Origin: Bacteroidota bacterium
GTDB lineage: Bacteria > Bacteroidota > Bacteroidia > Chitinophagales > Chitinophagaceae
DNA: 32,600 nt
Direction of reading: 5' to 3'
NCBI GenBank assembly: GCA_031410275.1
Contig: JANNYV010000423.1
Span: 1-32,600, forward strand
Shown: piece by piece, positions 1 through 6,511 of the stretch
Layout: each line of letters begins with the position of its first letter
How positions within the stretch are numbered: position 1 is the stretch's first letter
The notes under the pieces: model-generated
Seen by the model: only the letters and a program-made list of their open reading frames with translations
The model's database searches: none
What the model was told of the DNA's origin: nothing
Program-made: the position numbers and the translations under genes

Positions 1-199
1 CTCTAAAATTAGCATCATTCCCTTTTTTGTATCTATCCGCTTTGTATCGTTCCGGATTCTTTGGCAATTCGTTAATTAAACCAAGCACTTTCTTCCGGAC
101 TGCCTCTGCATTTTGTATAGAATCTTCTTTGATGTATGTTATCATATTTTTAAAAGAGTTTTTCGCCAAAGCATCCCATACAATTTTTCGCATTACCAT
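1..199 (-). CDS. RelE/ParE-family toxin, partial (C-terminus lies beyond the left window edge)
   Basis: It is absent from the ORF track because it runs off the window. The reverse strand from ATG at 199 reads MVMRKIVWDALAKNSFKNMITYIKEDSIQNAEAVRKKVLGLINELPKNPERYKADRYKKGNDANFR. This is a small basic protein with the N-terminal pattern common in Bacteroidota ParE/RelE toxins. Its start overlaps the stop of the upstream 75-aa gene (ATGGTAA), a typical toxin-antitoxin arrangement. Confidence 0.6.
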   Translation of the reverse strand, partial: MVMRKIVWDALAKNSFKNMITYIKEDSIQNAEAVRKKVLGLINELPKNPERYKADRYKKGNDANFR

Positions 200-420
200 G
201 TCTCAGATTCCTTTTCTACTTCTTCCTGTGTGTGGTACTCGCCTGCATCTATTCGAGCCATTGCTTCATTCATTTCCTTATTATATTGTGCAATACTGAT
301 TCGTTGGGACGCGTCCTTTAATTTGATAAAGGATTTTATCACACCTAATATATTTTTCTTTTCTTCATTTCCCAAGAAGGGTAAATAATCAACAATTTGT
401 TTGTCAAGTACCTGTGCCAT
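193..420 (-). CDS. Putative antitoxin / addiction-module component (75 aa)
   Basis: This is a small acidic protein ending in ...RISIAQYNKEMNEAMARIDAGEYHTQEEVEKESETW. It sits immediately upstream of the ParE/RelE-like ORF and overlaps it translationally. The call rests on context and size; I did not recognise a specific family. Confidence 0.5.
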   Translation of the reverse strand: MAQVLDKQIVDYLPFLGNEEKKNILGVIKSFIKLKDASQRISIAQYNKEMNEAMARIDAGEYHTQEEVEKESETW

Positions 421-551
421 TTTGATGTATTTGATTTCAAAGTTAATGAATATATTTTTTAGTTGAAAAAGGCTTTCAATAATTCTGCTGTGCTAATATG
501 TTGTATATGCATACCTAGGGAGAGGTTGTTGTTATCAAACAACACCATTTT

Positions 552-1181
552 TTATTTCTTGTTGAATAAATTAATACGAATACCGACATTGGCTTCGACT
601 GCATGTAAAAACCTTGCTGATGAATTCGTATAGGTTTGAGTGCTTGAGTCAGAGACACTCTTGTAATGATTATATGTAAATCCTGCAAGATGAATGGGTA
701 TCGAAAATATAAAATCTGTTTTTCTTCCGAGTTTGTATTCAATAGATGGAGATAGCCCAAGTTGAATTCCGTAGTTCATAATCTTCGTTCCCGTGTAGGA
801 AGTGGACCCCGAGAAGTTTTTTGCAGATAATAAATTGATGCCTGCTTTTGCATATGGTGACACGAAAATAGCGAGTCGTTTATTTTTGTAAACACGATAG
901 TCGTAACTATACCTGAGCTCAGTTCCGAAAAGACTGTAGAAGCGGTTTAACCCGCCCGACAGCCCATTTAATGTTATGTTCTGGCGATTCTTAGTTCCCC
1001 ATAAATAGCCTATCGAAATTTGTGGAGTAACATTCACGCCCAATCCGCCACCCTGAAAATATGCGGCATGATTGCTGAGGTTTAAATTAGGATTGATATA
1101 AAATCCCTTTGTTTTTTCTTGTGCAAATGAAAGCAGGGAGATCAACATCATTGCAACAGAGAGCATGATTTTTTGTTTCAT
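552..1181 (-). CDS. Outer-membrane beta-barrel (porin-family-like) protein
   Basis: It has a signal peptide, MKQKIMLSVAMMLISLLSFAQ. The rest shows alternating hydrophobic/aromatic beta-strand patterning, is rich in Gly/Asn/Tyr, and ends with an aromatic residue close to the C-terminus (...GIRINLFNKK). Confidence 0.55.
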   Translation of the reverse strand: MKQKIMLSVAMMLISLLSFAQEKTKGFYINPNLNLSNHAAYFQGGGLGVNVTPQISIGYLWGTKNRQNITLNGLSGGLNRFYSLFGTELRYSYDYRVYKNKRLAIFVSPYAKAGINLLSAKNFSGSTSYTGTKIMNYGIQLGLSPSIEYKLGRKTDFIFSIPIHLAGFTYNHYKSVSDSSTQTYTNSSARFLHAVEANVGIRINLFNKK

Positions 1182-1270
1182 AATTTTTATTTTTTACAAA
1201 TAAAAAGCATCAAACCAAAAGCTTCTGTTAAATGAAATAATGCGGTAAGAAATTAACGTTTGTTTGAAGC

Positions 1271-2014
1271 CTACAACTTATCTAGCATCTTTAAAAATAA
1301 TTGCATGCCGTTTCGTTTTTCTTCATCCAATAGATAGCAGATATTTTCCGTGAAATACTTTTTCAAATCATATTCAGGAAATGATTGCGTGGTAATAATT
1401 TCATCTATGTGATTCAGTCCGATGGCATTGGCTTCATTAAACGCCTGTATAAAACTATCAGGTAATTTTTTATTGGTGACCCAAGTGGCAAATACAAAAG
1501 GCAACTGTGTATGCGATTGCCAAGCTTCGGCCAAATCATACACAAAAGGGAATTTATTAGTTTGTTGTAAAGCCCTGTCGCCAATAATAATGCCGGCCGT
1601 TTTGCCTTTGATGTTTGCGAGATAATCTTCACCGGCTTCTAATAAAGATGGACGAATATTCCAATAATCACGAATCAATAAGCGGAACAAAGCAACGCTG
1701 GTCTTAGATTGATAATCGAGATATACTTCTTGTATTTCTTCAATCGGAACCTGACTATATAAACAAACAGAGGCTACTTTTTGATTCGACGCAATACAAT
1801 AATCGCTGAACACAAATGCATCCGGAATATTTGAAATAGAAGCTACCGGCAAGAGCGCAATATCCAATTTATTTTTTTGCATAAGTCCGGCAAGCCGTGA
1901 AGGATAATCAAGAGATAACTCAATTTCAGTATTCATCTTTCCGTGTTCAAAACCATAAATCAGCGGTTTGGTATTTAAATAACTGACAGCACCGACACGA
2001 ATCTTTTTTTGCAT
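1271..2014 (-). CDS. mqnA: Chorismate dehydratase MqnA (futalosine pathway of menaquinone synthesis)
   Basis: The N-terminus MQKKIRVGAVSYLNTKPLIYGF and the periplasmic-binding-protein-like fold pattern are typical of MqnA. I prefer the ATG at 2014 over the ORF-track start at 2038 because a TATATTTG box lies 9 nt upstream of 2014. Confidence 0.8.
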   Translation of the reverse strand: MQKKIRVGAVSYLNTKPLIYGFEHGKMNTEIELSLDYPSRLAGLMQKNKLDIALLPVASISNIPDAFVFSDYCIASNQKVASVCLYSQVPIEEIQEVYLDYQSKTSVALFRLLIRDYWNIRPSLLEAGEDYLANIKGKTAGIIIGDRALQQTNKFPFVYDLAEAWQSHTQLPFVFATWVTNKKLPDSFIQAFNEANAIGLNHIDEIITTQSFPEYDLKKYFTENICYLLDEEKRNGMQLFLKMLDKL

Positions 2015-2023
2015 AATTGGCTG

Positions 2024-2031
2024 CAAATATA
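2024..2031 (-). promoter_or_regulatory. Bacteroidota -7 promoter box TATATTTG (TAnnTTTG) for mqnA
   Basis: The plus strand reads caaatata, which is TATATTTG on the minus strand, 9 nt upstream of the mqnA ATG. It forms a divergent promoter pair with purB. Confidence 0.5.
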
Positions 2032-2052
2032 TACTCAACCGCTTGCAATGAT

Positions 2053-2060
2053 TAACTTTG
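2053..2060 (+). promoter_or_regulatory. Bacteroidota -7 promoter box TAACTTTG for purB
   Basis: TAACTTTG matches TAnnTTTG and lies 18 nt upstream of the purB ATG at 2079. Confidence 0.5.
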
Positions 2061-2078
2061 GCCTTTAATTATTTTTTC

Positions 2079-3419
2079 ATGTCTGATACACACGCATTAT
2101 TGGCTATTTCTCCCATTGACGGGCGATACAGCAAACAACTTCAAGTTTTATCAAATTATTTTTCTGAATTTGCACTCATCAAATACAGAGTGTATGTAGA
2201 AATTGAATATTTCATAGCCTTAAGCGAACTGAAATTATTTAGCTTGTCGGCGGCTCATTGCAAATCGTTGCGAATGATAGTATCTCAATTTAATACAGCA
2301 GATGCACAAAAAATTAAAGACATTGAAAAGGTCACAAATCATGATGTAAAAGCGGTAGAATATTTTTTGAAAGAAAAATTATCAGTGCTTAAATTAAACG
2401 AACAACAAGAGTGGATACATTTTGGGCTCACCTCACAGGACATTAATAATACAGCTATTCCCTTACTTTGGAAAGATGCTTTGCAAAAGGAATATCTGCC
2501 GGCTATACAGCATATTCTGACACATTGGAAATCATTTGCAAAAGCATGGGTGAATATTCCGATGTTGGCAAGAACGCATGGACAACCGGCATCACCAACT
2601 TCATTAGGTAAAGAAATCAGGGTGTTTGCAGAGCGATTAGAAAATCAATTGGCGTTATTAAAACCAATTCCATTCGCAGCAAAATTTGGTGGCGCCACCG
2701 GAAATTTTAATGCGCATTATGTCGCTTATCCGAAAACAGATTGGAAGAAGTTTGCAAATCAATTTGTGAATAAACAATTAGGATTAAAACGAATGCAGTT
2801 CACTACACAAATAGAACATTACGATTCGTTGGCGGCGCAATTTGATACATTAAAACGAATCAATACTATTTTGTTAGATTTTAGTCGTGATATGTGGACG
2901 TATATTTCGATGGATTATTTTAAACAACAGGTTAATAAAAATGAGGTGGGCAGTTCGGCCATGCCACATAAAGTGAACCCCATTGATTTTGAAAATGCAG
3001 AAGGGAATCTTGGTATTGCCAACGCCCCGTTTGAGCATCTTTCGGCAAAACTCCCTGTATCGCGTTTACAACGCGATTTGACAGATTCTACTGTGTTGAG
3101 AAATATTGGAGTGCCGTTTGCACATACAATACTTGCCTTTAATTCGTTGAATAAAGGAATGGGAAAACTCATTGTGAACGAAGTAAAAATAGATGCCGAC
3201 TTAGAAAATAATTGGGCTGTGGTTGCCGAAGCGATTCAAACTATTTTGCGAAGAGAAAAATATCCTCAACCTTATGAAGCTTTAAAAACATTGACACGCG
3301 GTGCAGAGCGAATAGACAAAAAAACTATGCACACATTTATTGATACATTACATGTCAATGATAAAATTAAAAAAGAATTGAAGAAAATAACACCGCAGAA
3401 TTATGTAGGCGTTTATTAA
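2079..3419 (+). CDS. purB: Adenylosuccinate lyase
   Basis: Motifs seen are MSDTHALLAISPIDGRYSKQ..., TSQDINNTA, and the fumarate-lyase signature region GSSAMPHKVNPIDFEN. The length is about 446 aa. I prefer the ATG at 2079 over the TTG at 2058. Confidence 0.92.
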   Translation: MSDTHALLAISPIDGRYSKQLQVLSNYFSEFALIKYRVYVEIEYFIALSELKLFSLSAAHCKSLRMIVSQFNTADAQKIKDIEKVTNHDVKAVEYFLKEKLSVLKLNEQQEWIHFGLTSQDINNTAIPLLWKDALQKEYLPAIQHILTHWKSFAKAWVNIPMLARTHGQPASPTSLGKEIRVFAERLENQLALLKPIPFAAKFGGATGNFNAHYVAYPKTDWKKFANQFVNKQLGLKRMQFTTQIEHYDSLAAQFDTLKRINTILLDFSRDMWTYISMDYFKQQVNKNEVGSSAMPHKVNPIDFENAEGNLGIANAPFEHLSAKLPVSRLQRDLTDSTVLRNIGVPFAHTILAFNSLNKGMGKLIVNEVKIDADLENNWAVVAEAIQTILRREKYPQPYEALKTLTRGAERIDKKTMHTFIDTLHVNDKIKKELKKITPQNYVGVY

Positions 3420-3446
3420 TGATTGCGTGTAAAATTATGCAAGCAA

Positions 3447-3552
3447 TTTTTTGGCGTGACCCTCTCAAAGCATCGGGTCGTGCTATTCGCTTCAATCTCC
3501 CGCTCAAAGCAGCGGGAGGATTTTCGCTACTATTACTCACGCTCAACGCAAC
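3447..3552 (+). repeat. GC-rich structured intergenic element, copy A (related to 16641-16745 on the opposite strand)
   Basis: A closing stem pairs GCGTGA (3454-3459) with TCACGC (3537-3542). Two hairpins carry the same loop core, TCAAAGCA: ACCC..GGGT at 3459-3478 and CTCCCGC/GCGGGAG at 3497-3518. Motifs GCTATTCGCTTCAA and TTTCGCTACTATTACTCACGC recur in copy B. GC content is clearly above the flanking DNA. Confidence 0.6.
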
Positions 3553-3621
3553 AAACATGAGCAAGCAAGTTGATACTTTAGCTGAACTTATTTTAAAATC
3601 ATTACTTATTTAAAGATTCCC

Positions 3622-3686
3622 CAAAAAACAAAAAATAATTGAGTCGTTTATATCAAGAGGTTCCCACTCTCAACTTCCAACGACTC
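3622..3686 (-). terminator. Putative rho-independent terminator of the 735-aa T9SS protein gene
   Basis: On the minus strand, 3 nt after the stop codon, GAGTCGTT (3679-3686) pairs perfectly with AACGACTC (3641-3648). This is followed by the T-rich run AATTATTTTTTGTTTTTTGG. The loop is long (30 nt), so the call is tentative. Confidence 0.4.
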
Positions 3687-3688
3687 TA

Positions 3689-5896
3689 CTATTTCGTTAA
3701 CTTCGCTGAGTAACTTTCTGCTGATGAAATTAGCTGTAATGAATACGTTCCTTTTGAAAGCATCGCAGTATTTAATTTAAATTCCTTTTCACCATTTAAT
3801 TTAATTTCTTTTTGCAACACAATATTTCCCAACATATCGGCAATAGAAACAGAAATGGTTTCGGTAGTCATTGCATTTAGTTTCACCGTCAGATAATCAT
3901 TTACCGGGTTAGGATAGAGTTCAATATTGTTTGATGAATAAATAGAAGTCACATCATTTGGTGATACAATTTTCAGTGTATCATTAATGACATTATAATC
4001 AGTTATTTCAGAACCATCATTCATTATCATTTTCAAATCGCTAAAGTATAAGGCCAAATCTGAATTTGGAATTGCTGTTATATCAATCGGTATTGTGAGT
4101 GTTCCAATTTGCCCTGAGCCATTTACATTCGTTTGATTACTTCGTACGATTGTAAAAGCAATGTCATTGGAATTTATATTTTTTTGAAATAAAAATGAAT
4201 TTGTTACATTCCCCAACCAAGAAGGCGAGTTGCTGAAAGAAAGTGGCGCTGATAAACTATTTGATACACTAAAATGCCCGGCAAGCCCATATACATTATT
4301 CATCATGGCGCTACCGGTACCTAACATCACGGGCACTTGAATAGTAGAACCCGGGGTTACAATGATACCTGTTAAATCGAAATATAAATCAGGTAAGCCT
4401 GCAGTTTTATACTGACCAATATTTTCTTTTTTCAGATGAATTTGTCCATAGTTCAATGATACTGGATTCATATCTAATGCATCAATGCTTCCGTCACCAT
4501 TGCAATCGGCATGTTTGTAATTAATGCCACTCATAAAATTAGAACTCCAATTTGTACAGTACTCGGCGACCCAATTTGTAGTTGCTCCAGGGCGAACAAT
4601 TCCTGTTGTGCCATTCCCAATTCCTATATTCAACACATCATAATTATTCACAGTAAAATCTGCATTGGCGTCACCCGCCCAAACAGAATCGGCAGTGCAT
4701 TGGTTGATATAAATTAAGTAGCCGTAACTCACACTATGACAGTTATTATCTTTTGCCTGAAGAACCAAGAAATAAGGATTAGGTCGTATGTCTGCAATGG
4801 TTGGTGTCCATGAAAATGTGCCGGTTTGCTGCAAGGCATTATTGGTCGAAAAGGTCGAACTACCCATTAAGCTTGTAAGTGGTGTGATTATAACAGAATC
4901 AGCAAGGTCAACATCACTGCCTGCTGCAGTAAAATTTAGCGTTGCCCCGGGACAAACATTGACTGATGCATAATAATTTGAAGTACTATTAACACCCGAC
5001 AAAGTAGGAAGTGAATTAGGACTCCCATTAATAAAGTTAAATTGCAAATCGCGCATCGTACTACCAACCAAAATGCCATTTCGGTATTCATCAATATTTA
5101 TAGCAATCACATCCACAGACTGCAATGCACTTTCAAAATGGAGATTTCCGGTTAACGGGTCTATGTTGGCATAATTCGTTGCGGTTGGTGTTCCTAATGG
5201 ATCAGTCGCACTATACCCTCCGGTTGATAAGTATGGACAAGGGCCTGAGCCATTAGAATTTTGTGGGCTTGTCAATGAGAAGACCAATGAATCGCCATCA
5301 GGGTCAATGGCTGTTTGGTTAATGGTGTATGGTTGGTTAGCCAAATAATTAAATCCATTACCAACTATATATTGAGTTGAATTATTAAAATTACCTGAGG
5401 AAGTCAGCGTATTAAGTTTCGCAGATATAAAATAACCTAAGGATAACGGATTGGCAAGATTGCCAATAGCACCATTTCTACAACAACTATTATACCCGAA
5501 CACCCAATCGTCACATGACATGGGTAGGGTAACAACGGCTGAATAATGCCATTCCTCATAACCCGGAAAAGTGCTCAAAGGATCGTTGCACCAGTTGATA
5601 ATTGAAGGGCACATATCGGGCACTACTTTTGCTGTATTGTTACCCGTTGTATCGACGTTTATCGTGAATGACTGACCACAAGTCATAGAACTTATACTCA
5701 ACATATCTGTTCCGGCAAGCATTGCATTGGCTGGAAGGCCAACAGATATAATTTTACAATCTCGGTACAATAGTAAGTGCACTTTGTAAGTCAGAGGCGA
5801 AAGATATTCATAATAAATAGAGCCCGCTGCTAAGTGAGTTGCTTTTACTTGTGAATAAAATAAAACGAAAAGTAGAAAGAAATAGAGTTTTTTCAT
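3689..5896 (-). CDS. T9SS-secreted multidomain surface protein with dockerin-like and cohesin-like modules
   Basis: - **Signal peptide:** MKKLYFFLLFVLFYSQVKA.
- **N-terminal module:** THLAAGSIYYEY...LLLYRDC, common in Bacteroidota gliding/CHU_C-type surface proteins.
- **Repeat:** a DPDGDSLVFSL cadherin-like repeat.
- **Dockerin-like:** two Ca-loop repeats, GDANADFTVNNYD and DCNGDGSIDALD (aa 405-485).
- **Cohesin-like:** a beta-sandwich at aa 500-645.
- **Sorting domain:** C-terminal IELYPNPVNDYLTVKL...GTYSLQL. Confidence 0.8.
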   Translation of the reverse strand: MKKLYFFLLFVLFYSQVKATHLAAGSIYYEYLSPLTYKVHLLLYRDCKIISVGLPANAMLAGTDMLSISSMTCGQSFTINVDTTGNNTAKVVPDMCPSIINWCNDPLSTFPGYEEWHYSAVVTLPMSCDDWVFGYNSCCRNGAIGNLANPLSLGYFISAKLNTLTSSGNFNNSTQYIVGNGFNYLANQPYTINQTAIDPDGDSLVFSLTSPQNSNGSGPCPYLSTGGYSATDPLGTPTATNYANIDPLTGNLHFESALQSVDVIAINIDEYRNGILVGSTMRDLQFNFINGSPNSLPTLSGVNSTSNYYASVNVCPGATLNFTAAGSDVDLADSVIITPLTSLMGSSTFSTNNALQQTGTFSWTPTIADIRPNPYFLVLQAKDNNCHSVSYGYLIYINQCTADSVWAGDANADFTVNNYDVLNIGIGNGTTGIVRPGATTNWVAEYCTNWSSNFMSGINYKHADCNGDGSIDALDMNPVSLNYGQIHLKKENIGQYKTAGLPDLYFDLTGIIVTPGSTIQVPVMLGTGSAMMNNVYGLAGHFSVSNSLSAPLSFSNSPSWLGNVTNSFLFQKNINSNDIAFTIVRSNQTNVNGSGQIGTLTIPIDITAIPNSDLALYFSDLKMIMNDGSEITDYNVINDTLKIVSPNDVTSIYSSNNIELYPNPVNDYLTVKLNAMTTETISVSIADMLGNIVLQKEIKLNGEKEFKLNTAMLSKGTYSLQLISSAESYSAKLTK

Positions 5897-5923
5897 AACT
5901 AAGATTTTTATTTAACCATGAAA

Positions 5924-6340
5924 CTAATGAACTTTTAGCATTCTCATGGTATTTGAAACCATTTTAATTTCTAAGCGTAAACAGTGTTGGGGTAATAATT
6001 CCGGCGCAATTTCAGGCCATTCAATAAAACAATACGAATCTTCGTTACTTAGAATATCCTGCACACCGGCTTCTACTGCATCTTCCATATTCTTTAAACG
6101 ATACCAATCCATGTGATATACCTTCTGTTTTGTTTGGTCTATTTCATATTCATTAATGATAGAATAGGTTGGGCTACTGACATTATCCTTCACCCCAAGC
6201 ACATCACATAAGGCCCGAATCAAGGTCGTTTTTCCGCTTCCCATCTCTGCATAAAAAGCAAAGCAACGTTGGGCAGGATATGCCACTACTATTTTTTTTG
6301 CAATCTCCTGAATCTGATCTAAAGAAAAAGTGACTTCCAT
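5924..6340 (-). CDS. tsaE: tRNA t6A37 threonylcarbamoyl-transfer complex ATPase TsaE
   Basis: It carries a P-loop, EMGSGKTTL, plus SPTYSIINEY and HMDWYRL motifs. The size is about 138 aa from the ATG at 6340 (MEVTFSLDQ...). The longer ORF-track start adds 25 unlikely residues. Confidence 0.88.
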   Translation of the reverse strand: MEVTFSLDQIQEIAKKIVVAYPAQRCFAFYAEMGSGKTTLIRALCDVLGVKDNVSSPTYSIINEYEIDQTKQKVYHMDWYRLKNMEDAVEAGVQDILSNEDSYCFIEWPEIAPELLPQHCLRLEIKMVSNTMRMLKVH

Positions 6341-6463
6341 GGGGTAAATATAATAAGAGAGGCTCGATGTTATGCATTCTGAAGTTAATTTGTCTTTTCT
6401 CAAGAATAAAATCAACCTGCATCATTTAAAAGATGATCATCTAGTTTGGTGGACAAATTCGCA

Positions 6464-6494
6464 AACATCGAACATCGAGCATCGAACATCGAAT
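6464..6494 (+). repeat. Heptamer-periodic tract AACATCG AACATCG AGCATCG AACATCG AAT
   Basis: Read directly from the sequence: four in-register 7-mers plus a partial unit. It lies 5 nt upstream of the TATCTTTG box. Confidence 0.9.
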
Positions 6495-6499
6495 TCTCC

Positions 6500-6507
6500 T
6501 ATCTTTG
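6500..6507 (+). promoter_or_regulatory. Bacteroidota -7 promoter box TATCTTTG for the P-type ATPase
   Basis: TATCTTTG matches TAnnTTTG and ends 4 nt before the ATG at 6512. This implies a leaderless or nearly leaderless mRNA. Confidence 0.5.
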
Positions 6508-6511
6508 CGCA

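Noticed and set aside
27-388. Plus-strand ORFs 27-299 and 113-388
   Set aside because: They are antisense to the toxin-antitoxin pair, which has much better coding logic (overlapping start and stop, sensible protein sequences). Their translations are hydrophobic and low-complexity.
515-760. 81-aa minus-strand ORF overlapping the beta-barrel gene
   Set aside because: It is in an alternative frame of the better-supported 209-aa outer-membrane protein gene, and it has no independent signal.
3367-3613. Two overlapping small ORFs (3419-3613 plus strand, 3367-3564 minus strand)
   Set aside because: Both span copy A of the GC-rich structured element in the gap between convergent genes. ORFs are open on both strands across the same repeat, and neither has start-site support, so they look like artefacts.
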